Assembly: GCA_963797605.1 (NCBI GenBank)
Contig: CAWCPX010000009.1
Coordinates: 867,950 to 931,949, forward strand
Direction: 5' to 3'
Source of the DNA: an uncultured Actinomycetota bacterium
Lineage (GTDB): Bacteria; Actinomycetota; Actinomycetes; Mycobacteriales; Micromonosporaceae
DNA: 64,000 nucleotides
In this document: positions 18,567-27,075 of the stretch, piece by piece
Position numbering within the stretch: position 1 is the stretch's first letter
Layout: every line of letters starts with the position of its first letter
Position numbers and translations under genes: made by a program
Notes under the pieces: generated by a model
What the model was told of the DNA's origin: nothing
What the model saw: only the letters and a program-made list of their open reading frames with translations
Databases searched by the model: none

Positions 18567-18777
18567 GCGCCCTGTCACGCGCGCCCGATGACCGCCGCCG
18601 TCTCCTTCTCCGAGCGCGGCGCCTCGTGATGGATGAAAATCGGCCACGAAAGCGATACATAGTTCCCCGATAGTTTTAGTAGGCATATCGGAGGAGCATC
18701 ATGGTTGCGTTGGCACGTACGCCTTCGCCGCGCCACGGATCCGGCGAAGCTGTCTTACGAAAGTGAGAACGAACTCG

Positions 18778-19476
18778 ATGACCACGGCACATCCCCTCGA
18801 CAATCCGGCACAGTCGTCACTGCTCGGCCCGCACGCTCACTTCGCCGAGCGCCACGGTCAGGCCCTGCGGTATCCGACCGACGTGTCACCGTTCGTCGCG
18901 CTCGCCGACGACGCCGACGAGACGGCGTGGCATGACGTCGCAGTCCTGTTCGGCCCGGGTGCGGTCGTGCCCGTCGCCGGCATCACCGCTCCGCCGCCCG
19001 CCGACTGGGAGGTGGTCCTGGATCTCCCCGGCGTACAGATGATCGACGCGTCCGTGGCGTCCGCGCCCGACCCGGAGGCGGTCCGGCTCGGCCCGGCCGA
19101 TGTTCCGGAGATGCTCGACCTGGTGGCGCGTACGCAACCGGGTCCGTTCCTGCCCCGCACGATCGAACTCGGCACCTATCTGGGAATCCGTCGCGGCGGC
19201 ACGCTCGTGGCCATGGCCGGCGAGCGGCTGCATCCCCCGGGCTGGACGGAGATCAGCGCCGTCTGCACCGACCCGGCGTTCCGGGGGCAGGGCCTCGCGT
19301 CCCGGCTCGTGCTCGCGATCGCGGCCGGCATCCGCGCCCGCGACGAAACTCCGTTCCTGCACACCGCCGCGCACAACACGAACGCGATCCGGCTCTACGA
19401 ATCGCTCGGCTTCGCGCTTCGCCGCACCCTGACGTTCCTGGCTGCCCGGGTGCCCGCAGCGGCACCCGTCGGCTAA
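18778..19476 (+). CDS. GNAT family N-acetyltransferase
   Basis: Track ORF 18763..19476, ATG 18778. Acetyl-CoA motif FRGQGLASRLVLAI ... NTNAIRLYESLGF. Confidence 0.8.
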   Translation: MTTAHPLDNPAQSSLLGPHAHFAERHGQALRYPTDVSPFVALADDADETAWHDVAVLFGPGAVVPVAGITAPPPADWEVVLDLPGVQMIDASVASAPDPEAVRLGPADVPEMLDLVARTQPGPFLPRTIELGTYLGIRRGGTLVAMAGERLHPPGWTEISAVCTDPAFRGQGLASRLVLAIAAGIRARDETPFLHTAAHNTNAIRLYESLGFALRRTLTFLAARVPAAAPVG

Positions 19477-19558
19477 ACCTGTCCAGTCGATCATGGTGAT
19501 CGGCAGGACAGGGCTTGATCGGGCATCGCTCGGCTGATCCCATGAAGGAGAAGACATC

Positions 19559-20464
19559 GTGACCAGATACGCCAGCCCGGTCGACACCGAGACCTACGGC
19601 GTCTACACGATCAAACGTGTTCCCGGCGACGAACGGCCCCTCTACCGCTTCACCGGCCGGATCACGGCAGACGGCTCCAGCGGCTTCCGGGCCGAGCCGG
19701 GCCGCTACCACATCTACGCGGGATGGTTCTGCCCGTGGGCCCAGCGCACCACGATCGAGCGCTCGCTGCACGGGCTGGAAGACATCGTCTCGGTGTCCTA
19801 TGTCGACGACAAGCGAGATGCCCGCGGGTGGGCGTTTCGTGAGCACCACGGCGCCGATCCGGTCAACGGGTTCGAGTTGCTGCGCGAGGCGTACAACGCG
19901 ACCGAACCCGACTTCGACGGGCACGTCTCGGTGCCGACGTTGTGGGATCGGCAGACCGGGCGGATCGTCAGCAACAACTTCACGACGATCGGCATCGACC
20001 TGGCGACCCAGTTCGGCGCGTGGAGCAACGGCGCCGACACCTACCCGGCGGCGTCCCGGGACGACATCGAAGAGCTGGACAGGTGGCTCGGTCCGGCCGT
20101 GAACCAGGGCGTGAACGCCGCCGCCGGCGAGGAGGGGGCGCGGAAGCGTCTGCTGGGCGCCTTCGCCGACCTCGACGAGCGCCTGGCCACCCGCCGCTAT
20201 CTGCTCGGCGACCGGTTGACCGAGGCCGACGTGCGACTGTACGTGAGTCTCGCCCGCTACGACGCGCAGGCGAACGCGCACCGCACGATCAACGGTGGTC
20301 TGGCGGAGTTCCCGCACCTGTGGGCGTACGCCCGCGACCTGTACGCCGAGCCCGCGTTCCGCGACACCACCGACTTCACCACGTTCACGGCCGCCGGCGC
20401 GACCGTGCCCGACTGGGACGCACCGACCGATCGGCCGACACTCACGTTCGCGAATGTGTCTTGA
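19559..20464 (+). CDS. glutathione S-transferase, Xi class (glutathionyl-hydroquinone reductase-like)
   Basis: GTG behind GAAGGAG. The CPWAQR active-site motif and the tyrosine-rich pattern resemble the YqjG/ECM4 family. Confidence 0.8.
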   Translation: MTRYASPVDTETYGVYTIKRVPGDERPLYRFTGRITADGSSGFRAEPGRYHIYAGWFCPWAQRTTIERSLHGLEDIVSVSYVDDKRDARGWAFREHHGADPVNGFELLREAYNATEPDFDGHVSVPTLWDRQTGRIVSNNFTTIGIDLATQFGAWSNGADTYPAASRDDIEELDRWLGPAVNQGVNAAAGEEGARKRLLGAFADLDERLATRRYLLGDRLTEADVRLYVSLARYDAQANAHRTINGGLAEFPHLWAYARDLYAEPAFRDTTDFTTFTAAGATVPDWDAPTDRPTLTFANVS

Positions 20465-20465
20465 T

Positions 20466-20488
20466 ATCCCTATCACGCCGATAGGGAT
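20466..20488. promoter_or_regulatory. perfect palindrome ATCCCTATC-N5-GATAGGGAT (candidate operator)
   Basis: 9-bp arms. It lies 2 nt after the GST stop and 55 nt before the small ORF at 20543. It is related to the sites at 47649-47671 and 32255-32277. Confidence 0.5.
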
Positions 20489-20542
20489 TGCGCGTCAACA
20501 GGTGAAACCGTTACGCTCAGGGCAGGTCAGGAGGTAGTGACC

Positions 20543-20671
20543 GTGCATACACGAACCGATCTCGTGCTCGCCGCGCCACGGCGCCGACTGCCCTTCTCCC
20601 GTCGCCACATCGATCTGCGGCGCACCGCCAGCGCTCTGTGTCGGGGCTTCGACGCCCCGGTCCTCGGCTGA
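20543..20671 (+). CDS. candidate leader peptide (42 aa) of LLM operon 1
   Basis: AGGAGG sits 8 nt before GTG. VHTRTDLVLAAPRRRLPFSRRHIDLRRTASALCRGFDAPVLG*. The peptide is a paralog of the uORF at 47513..47650. Confidence 0.4.
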   Translation: MHTRTDLVLAAPRRRLPFSRRHIDLRRTASALCRGFDAPVLG

Positions 20672-20765
20672 ACCAAGCGACCGACACGCAGCTCCGCCCC
20701 CGCATAGCCCGGGGTCCGCGGGCACGTTTGGTGTGCCCATCGAGCGATTGAGGAGCGACCTCACC

Positions 20766-21980
20766 ATGCCCACCCGAACCGGACCACTGCACCTCTCCGT
20801 CGCCCTCGACGGCACCGGCTGGCACCCCGCGGCCTGGCGCGAGCCGCAGGCCCGGCCCGGCCGAGCTGTTCACCGCCGCGTACTGGCTCGACCTCGTCCC
20901 AGGAGGCCGAGCGCGGTCTGCTCGACTTCGTCACCATCGAAGACTCCCTCGGCCTGCAGTCGTCGCGCTACACCGAGCCCGACGACCGCACCGACCAGGT
21001 TCGGGGACGCCTCGACGCGGTCCTCATCGCGGCCCGGGTCGCGCCGCTGACCCACCACATCGGCCTGGTCCCGACCGCCGTCGTCACCCACACCGAGCCG
21101 TTCCACGTCGCCAAGGCCATCGCCACGCTCGACTACGTCAGCACCGGCCGGGCCGGCGTGCGCGTACAGGTATCGGCGCGGCCCGGCGAGGCGGCCCATT
21201 TCGGCCGGCGCGACGTTCCCGACGATCCGGATCGAGGACCGCGACGATCCGGTCGTGCAGCGGCTTGTCGGCGAGCTGTTCGACGAGGCCGCCGACTACG
21301 TCGAGGTGGTGCGGCGGCTCTGGGACAGCTGGGAGGACGACGCCGAGATCCGCGACGTCCGCCACCGGCCGGTTCGTCGATCGCGACAAGCTGCACTACA
21401 TCGACTTCGAGGGCCGAAACTTCCGCGTCAGGGGACCGTCGATCACGCCGCGCCCACCACAGGGCCAGCCGCTCGTCACCGCGCTCGGCCACCAGAGCGT
21501 GCCGTACCAGCTGATCGGCCGGGTCAGCCGACGTCGTCTTCATCACGCCGCGCGACGCCGACCACGCCCGGGCGATCGTCGCCGAGATCCGGGCCGCGCA
21601 GGCCGCGGCCGGTCGGGCCGAGGAGCCGGTCCACGTCTTCGGCGACCTCGTCGTCTTCCTCGACGAGACGCGCGACCGGCGCGACCGACCGCAAGGCCCG
21701 GCTCGACGACCTGGCCGGCGGCGACTACACCAGCGACGCCACGGTCTTCGCCGGCACCGCCGCCCAGCTCGCCGACCTGCTCGAGGACTGGCAGCAAGCC
21801 GGCGTCAGCGGCTACCGGCTGCGCCCCGGCACGGTTCCACACGACCTGGAGGCCATCACCCGCGGGCTCGTGCCGGAACTGCAGCGCCGGGGCGTGTTCC
21901 GCCGCGCCTACGAAGCCGACACCCTGCGCGGCCTGCTCGGCCTGTCCCGCCCCGCCAACCGCTACGCGGCCGCGGCCTGA
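20766..21980 (+). pseudogene. LLM-class (luciferase-like) flavin-dependent oxidoreductase with about six frame changes
   Basis: Seven frame segments join into one continuous LLM protein: MPTRTGPLHLSVALDGTGWHPAAWREPQARP / AELFTAAYWLDLV / QEAERGLLDFVTIEDSLGL...HFGRRDVP / TIRIEDRDDPVVQRLVGELFDEAADYVEVVRRLWDSWEDDAEIRDV / ATGRFVDRDKLHYIDFEGRNFRVRGPSITPRPPQGQP... / DVVFITPRDADHARAIV... / ATGATDRKARLDDLAGG...RPANRYAAAA*. Confidence 0.75.
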
Positions 21981-22052
21981 ATTCGGAGCCCCTCGAGCCT
22001 GTCAGCGAACCATGAACAGCATGGCCGCGCCCTGCGAAGCGGGACGGACATG
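21978..22052 (+). repeat. intercistronic element, copy 1
   Basis: ...GAGCCTGTCAGCGAACCATGAACAGCATGGCCGCGCCCTGCGAAGCGGGACGGACATG runs from the LLM1 stop to the LLM2 start. It is homologous to the tandem copies at 23418-23547. Confidence 0.7.
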
Positions 22053-23420
22053 AGCAAACCGCAAGCAGATCCACCTCGGCGCGCACTTCCCCGGCGTCAA
22101 CAACACCACCGTCTGGAGCGATCCCGAGCGCCGGCAGCCAGATCGAGTTCAGCTCGTTCCGACACTTCGCCCAGACCGCCGAGCGCGGCAAGTTCGACTT
22201 CTTCTTCCTGGCCGAGGGCCTGCGCCTGCGCGAGCAGGGCGGGCTGATCTACGACCTCGACGTGGTCGGCCGGCCGGACACGTTCACGGTGCTGGCCGCG
22301 CTCGCCGCCGTCACCGATCAGCTCGGCCTGGCGGGCACGATCAACTCGACCTTCAACGAGCCCTACGAGGTGGCCCGCCAGTTCGCGAGCCTCGACCACC
22401 TCTCGGGCGGCCGGGCCGCGTGGAACGTCGTCACGTCGTGGGACGCCTTCACCGGCGAGAACTTCCGCCGCGGCGGATTCCTGGCACAGGACCACCGATA
22501 CGCGCGAGCCGAGCAGTTCATGCGTACGACCTGGGAGCTGTTCGACTCGTGGCGCGGCGACGAGATCGTGGCCGACAAGGATTCCGGGCGTCTTCCTCGG
22601 CGACGCGGATGCCGGCCGGTTCCGGCATCACGACGACCACTTCGACATTTCCGGCCAGTTCAACGTGCCGCGCAGCCCACAGGGGCGCCCGGCCATCTTC
22701 CAGGCCGGCGACTCGGACGAGGGCCGGGACTTCGCGGCGGCGACCGCGGACGCGATCTTCAGCCGGCACAGCACGTTCGACGCCGGGCAGGCGTTCTACG
22801 CGGACGTGAAGGGTCGGCTGGCACGGTTCGGCCGTACCCATGACCAGCTCTTGATCTTGCCAGCGGCGACGTTCGTGCTCGGCGACACCGATGCCGAGGC
22901 GCAGGAGCTGGCGCACCAGGTGCGGCTGCAGCAGGTCAGCGGGCAGACCGCGATCAAGTTCCTGGAGCAGCTGTGGAACCGCGACCTGTCCGCCTACGAC
23001 CCGGACGGCCCGCTGCCGGAGATCGATCCCGACACCGGTGAGCACACCGTCGCGCGGGGCCGGGCGAGCGTGCGGATGTACCGGGACCCGGTCGCGACCG
23101 CGAACGAATGGCGCGAACGGGCGGCGGCGGAGAAATGGTCAATTCGCGAGCTGATCATCGAGGTCACGGGCCGGCAATCGTTCATCGGCTCGGCGGCCAC
23201 CGTGGCCGAGACGATCGACAGGTTCGTGCAGAAGGACGCAAGCGACGGCTTCATCCTGGTGCCCCACATCACGCCGGGCGGCTTGGACATCTTCGTCGAC
23301 ACGGTGGTGCCGCTGCTGCAGGAACGCGGCTCGTTCCGCACCGAGTACGAGGGCAGCACGCTGCGGGAGAACCTCGGTCTGGCGCCACACGGGGCGGTTG
23401 TCGAACAGGTGGCAGCGTGA
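22050..23420 (+). pseudogene. NtaA/SnaA/DszA-family FMN-dependent monooxygenase with three frame changes
   Basis: MSK / RKQIHLGAHFPGVNNTTVWSDPE / AGSQIEFSSFRHFAQTAERGKFDFFFLAEGLRLREQ...WRGDEIVADKDSG / VFLGDADAGRFRHHDDHFDISGQFNVPRSPQGRPAIFQAGDSDEG...VVEQVAA*. The breaks lie near 22059, 22130 and 22589, and each is explained by one extra C. Confidence 0.8.
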
Positions 23421-23547
23421 GCGAGCTTGTCGGAGCGAACCATGAGACAGCATGGCCGCGCCCTGCGAAGCGGGGGCGGACATGAGCGAGCTTGTCGGAG
23501 CGAACCATGAGACAGCATGGCCGCGTCCTGCGAAGCGGAGGCGGGCA
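23418..23547 (+). repeat. intercistronic element, tandem copies 2 and 3 (65-bp period)
   Basis: TGAGCGAGCTTGTCGGAGCGAACCATGAGACAGCATGGCCGCG(C/T)CCTGCGAAGCGG(G/A)GGCGG(A/G)CA occurs twice (23418-23482, 23483-23547) with 3 mismatches by eye. Confidence 0.85.
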
Positions 23548-24677
23548 TGACCACAACACCACTCGGGGTGCTCGACCTCGTACCGATCTCGACCGGGTCG
23601 ACCGCGGCGGAGGCTCTGCGCAACAGCATCGACCTCGCGCAGCAGACCGAACGATTCGGGTACGCCCGCTACTGGTTCGCCGAGCACCACCTCAACCCCG
23701 GTGTGGCCGGCACCTCCCCCGCCGTTGTGCTCGCCCTGACCGCGGCCGCCACCTCGACGATCCGGCTCGGGTCGGGTGCGGTGCAACTCGGCCACCGCAC
23801 CGCGCTGTCGACCGTGGAAGAGTTCGGCCTGCTCGACGCGCTGCACCCGGGGCGCCTGGATCTCGGTCTCGGCCGCTCTGGTGGGCGGCCGCCCGAACCA
23901 ACACGCGAGCCGACGCTCGCCGGCCCGAGCCAGGTCATCAACGGGTACACCGCGAACGGGCTGCGCATCCCGGCGAAGTTCTCCTTCGAAGGGCTGCTCA
24001 AGTCGCCGCGGTTCGCCTTGCAGAAAGGACTCCTGGCGCAGCCGCACGCGGAGCCACAGAACTACACCGAGCAGATCGGCGACATCCTGGCGCTCATCGC
24101 GGGCACCTACCGCAACGCCGACGGCGTCGAGGCGCACGTGATCCCGGGCGAGCACGCCGACCTGCAGATCTGGATCCTCGGCAGCAGCGGCGGTGATAGC
24201 GCGAACGTGGCCGGTCACAACGGGCTGCGTTTCGCAGCGAACTACCACGTCAGCCCGGCTACCGTGGTCGAGGCCGCCGAGGGGTACCGGGCCGCGTTCC
24301 GGCCGTCGGCGGTGCTCGACCGGAGGTACATCAGCGTGTCCGCCGATGTCGTGGTCGCTGACGACGAGGCGACCGCACGCGAACTCGCCACGGGCTACGG
24401 TCTATGGGTGCGCAGCATCCGCAGCGGCTCCGGCGCGATCCAGTTCCCGACGCCGGCCGAGGCTCGTCGACACGTGTGGACGGCCGAGGACCGCGCCCTG
24501 GTCGACGACCGGGTCGAGACGCAGTTCGTGGGCACCGCCGCGCACGTCGCCGATCAGCTCGAGACGTTGCGCGACGCGACCGGCGCCGACGAGCTGATCG
24601 TCACGACGATCACCCACGACCACGCCGACCGGGTCCGGTCCTATGAGCTGCTGGCTCAGGAATGGCACCGGCGATGA
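23547..24677 (+). CDS. LLM-class flavin-dependent oxidoreductase (intact)
   Basis: Track ORF 23517..24677, ATG 23547 behind GGAGG. MTTTPLGVLDLVPI...ERFGYARYWFAEHH is a typical luciferase-like N-terminus. Confidence 0.85.
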   Translation: MTTTPLGVLDLVPISTGSTAAEALRNSIDLAQQTERFGYARYWFAEHHLNPGVAGTSPAVVLALTAAATSTIRLGSGAVQLGHRTALSTVEEFGLLDALHPGRLDLGLGRSGGRPPEPTREPTLAGPSQVINGYTANGLRIPAKFSFEGLLKSPRFALQKGLLAQPHAEPQNYTEQIGDILALIAGTYRNADGVEAHVIPGEHADLQIWILGSSGGDSANVAGHNGLRFAANYHVSPATVVEAAEGYRAAFRPSAVLDRRYISVSADVVVADDEATARELATGYGLWVRSIRSGSGAIQFPTPAEARRHVWTAEDRALVDDRVETQFVGTAAHVADQLETLRDATGADELIVTTITHDHADRVRSYELLAQEWHRR

Positions 24678-24696
24678 TCGTTATGAGGCGAGCGCG

Positions 24697-25200
24697 ATGA
24701 ACATGCGACCGGCGTTGCAACCGGAGGAATTGCGGCGGGTATTCGCCGCGTTCCCGACGGGCGTGACCGCTATCGCCGCGCTCGTTGACGGCGTCCCGGT
24801 CGGGCTCGCGGCGAGTTCGTTCGTCTCGGTGTCGCTCGACCCGCCGATGGTGTCGGTGTGCGTCGCTCACACGTCGACCACGTGGCCCCGGTTGCGGCAG
24901 GTGCGGCGGCTGGGTGTCAGCGTGTTCGGCGCCCATCAGGAGGAGGCGTGCCGTCGCTTCAGCGCCCGCGACGGCGACCGGTTCGCGTCTCTGCGGTGGC
25001 GCTTGGGTGAGGGCGACGGCATCGTGATCGACGGGTCGAGCGCGTGGCTCGATTGCAGCATCGAGCAGGAGATCCCCGCCGGCGACCACGACATCGTGCT
25101 GCTGCGCGTACACAACCTCGACGCCGATCCGACGGTGGCACCGTTGGTCTTCCACGGCAGCCAGTTCCGGCAGCTCCAACCGCACGACCGCGCGGCATGA
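24697..25200 (+). CDS. flavin reductase family protein (NAD(P)H:FMN oxidoreductase)
   Basis: ATG 24697. FAAFPTGVTAIAALVDGVPVGLAASSFVSVSLDPPMVSVCV is the HpaC/NtaB-type flavin reductase domain. Confidence 0.85.
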   Translation: MNMRPALQPEELRRVFAAFPTGVTAIAALVDGVPVGLAASSFVSVSLDPPMVSVCVAHTSTTWPRLRQVRRLGVSVFGAHQEEACRRFSARDGDRFASLRWRLGEGDGIVIDGSSAWLDCSIEQEIPAGDHDIVLLRVHNLDADPTVAPLVFHGSQFRQLQPHDRAA

Positions 25201-25505
25201 TGAACGAGCACCGGCGGCGCCCGATTTGTCGCGTGTCGACACGCTGATCCTCGGATCTCCGACGCCACGGTCACCGGAACCCCGCGGAACGACACTGACG
25301 TCGGAAATCCGAGCCTGTCGGCGTGTCATGAGAGCGTGTCGCGTGGCGTTCTGTGCGCGCTGAACGGAGCCCGGGCATCACGCGCTCGGAGTTAGCTCGG
25401 GTCATCGTCGCAGCGACCGTGCCGCTGCCTGATCCCCAGAGTTCCCGAGTGATCGCGGACGCCGGCGACGACCGGCCACCGTCGCTGGTCGACTAGGTTC
25501 GGATC

Positions 25506-25901
25506 ATGACAACGCTTCCCGACGACCTCGTCACCCTGTTACAGGGTCAGGCCCTGGGCTTCATCGCGACCGTGATGCCGGACGGATCGCCGCAGGTCAC
25601 ACAGGTGTGGGTCGACACCGACGGTGAGCACGTGGTGGTCAACACGGTGCGCACGCATCAGAAGGCCAGGAACATCGCCCGCGATCCCCGGGTCGCGATC
25701 AGCATCGCCGACCCGACCGATCCGACGCGCTACTGGGCCGTCCGCGGCACCGTCGTCAACTCGACGACCGAGGGCGGCGCGGAGCACATCGAAGCGCTGT
25801 CGCATCGCTACACCGGCCGGCCGTACCCGTGGTGGGGTGGCCCCGATCAGGTCCGTGTCATCGTGACGATCAAACCCGAGTCGATCGCCGGACAGCACTG
25901 A
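25506..25901 (+). CDS. PPOX-class (pyridoxamine 5'-phosphate oxidase-like) F420/FMN-binding protein
   Basis: 131 aa. GFIATVMPDGSPQVTQVWV...KARNIARDPRVAISI is the split-barrel pattern. Confidence 0.75.
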   Translation: MTTLPDDLVTLLQGQALGFIATVMPDGSPQVTQVWVDTDGEHVVVNTVRTHQKARNIARDPRVAISIADPTDPTRYWAVRGTVVNSTTEGGAEHIEALSHRYTGRPYPWWGGPDQVRVIVTIKPESIAGQH

Positions 25902-26020
25902 ACGGGTCGCCGTCACCCGAGGGCGGGTAACGTCGCGGACCGGCAATCACCGGTGGGGCGCGGTCCGGCCGACGCGGACGGGCAGCGCGGACGCGACCGG
26001 TCCTGCTAGCGTGCGCAGCT

Positions 26021-26317
26021 ATGGGAGCGGTCAAACCTTGGCACATTGCCGTGTTGTGCTGTTGTCTCGTCGTGGTCGCGATCGTCGCCGGTGTCATCGT
26101 GCTGATCGTGCAGCGAGCCAACCGCAAACAGAACGGTCCGGGTGTCGTCCCCGGGCCCGGATGGCCGGGCGGCCCGGCTGGATGGCCGGGTAACCCACAA
26201 GGTGGCCCGACTCCAGGTCCCGGCCCCGCTCCTGGGCCGGGTGCAGGCCCGGGTCCCGGCCCGGATGCTGGCCCGGGCAGCGGCCCGGCGGGCGGTCCGC
26301 CCGGGCCCGGTGCGTGA
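26021..26317 (+). CDS. small membrane protein with Pro/Gly-rich tail (hypothetical)
   Basis: One TM segment (HIAVLCCCLVVVAIVAGVIVLIV), then about 60 residues of PG/GP repeats. Confidence 0.45.
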   Translation: MGAVKPWHIAVLCCCLVVVAIVAGVIVLIVQRANRKQNGPGVVPGPGWPGGPAGWPGNPQGGPTPGPGPAPGPGAGPGPGPDAGPGSGPAGGPPGPGA

Positions 26318-26440
26318 CCCGGCATCGAGAACGGCGATTCGCGGTGACGGCTCGCGGTCTCCGCACACACCGTCCGGCCGCGGTAGCACGTGGACGGCGA
26401 GGCGACGCGGGCTGACGGCGCACACGATCCACGTGCCGAA

Positions 26441-27064
26441 CTACGCGGCGCGCAGGCCGATTCCGGCCACGCCCAGCGGGTCCACGCATCCGTTGCCGTC
26501 ATTCCGGCGCACCGAAGCGACGGGTGTGCGGTGGGCCAGGCCGACGGCGGCGAGGAACGCGTCCACGACCTGATCAAGGGCGGGTTGCGCGTCGGCGTCG
26601 ATGGTCCAGCCAGCGTCCGGGTCCGCGACGAGCAACCGGTCCAGCACGAAGTATCCGGGCACGACGTGGGCGGCTCCCATCGCCGCGAGCACGGGCCGGA
26701 GTGCGTAGTCGAGGGCCAGCACGTTGGCCAGTGATCCGCCGGTGGCGAGCGGCAGGATGGTCTTCCCCGTGAACGCCAGCTGCGTGACGGAGTCGAACCA
26801 GACCTTCAGCAATCCGCTGTAGGACGCTTTGTAGACGGGTGTGCCCACCACGACGGCGTCCGCCCGGCGCAAGCGCTCAGCGGCATCCGCGATGAACGGG
26901 TCGGCGTGGTCGGCGTTCAGGAGCGGTGACGCGGGCAGGCTTCGGAGGTGTAGCACGTCGACACTGTGGCCGTCGTGCCGTACCCGGCGACTGACGTTGT
27001 CGACGACCGCGGCGGTGCGGGAGGTGGGTGAGGGGCTGCCCGAGACGGCGAGGATGTGGGCCAT
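26441..27064 (-). CDS. NADPH-dependent FMN reductase (SsuE-like)
   Basis: MAHILAVSGSPSPTSRT...AVVVGTPVYKASYSGLLK is the NADPH-FMN reductase fold. Last gene of the 32140->26441 operon. Confidence 0.85.
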   Translation of the reverse strand: MAHILAVSGSPSPTSRTAAVVDNVSRRVRHDGHSVDVLHLRSLPASPLLNADHADPFIADAAERLRRADAVVVGTPVYKASYSGLLKVWFDSVTQLAFTGKTILPLATGGSLANVLALDYALRPVLAAMGAAHVVPGYFVLDRLLVADPDAGWTIDADAQPALDQVVDAFLAAVGLAHRTPVASVRRNDGNGCVDPLGVAGIGLRAA

Positions 27065-27075
27065 GGTTGCCCTTC

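Noticed and set aside
23418-23547. Tandem 65-bp repeats considered as a CRISPR-like array
   Set aside because: There are only two directly abutting copies with no spacers, they are embedded in an operon between two cistrons, and no cas genes are present in the window.
23139-24248. 369-aa ORF on the minus strand
   Set aside because: It is antisense to the end of LLM2 and the start of LLM3, and it has no motifs.
26130-26320. GC-rich CCCGG/CCGGG periodic repeats considered as a non-coding tandem repeat
   Set aside because: The periodicity follows Pro-Gly codons of a plausible ORF that starts with a TM helix. It is kept as a low-confidence CDS instead.
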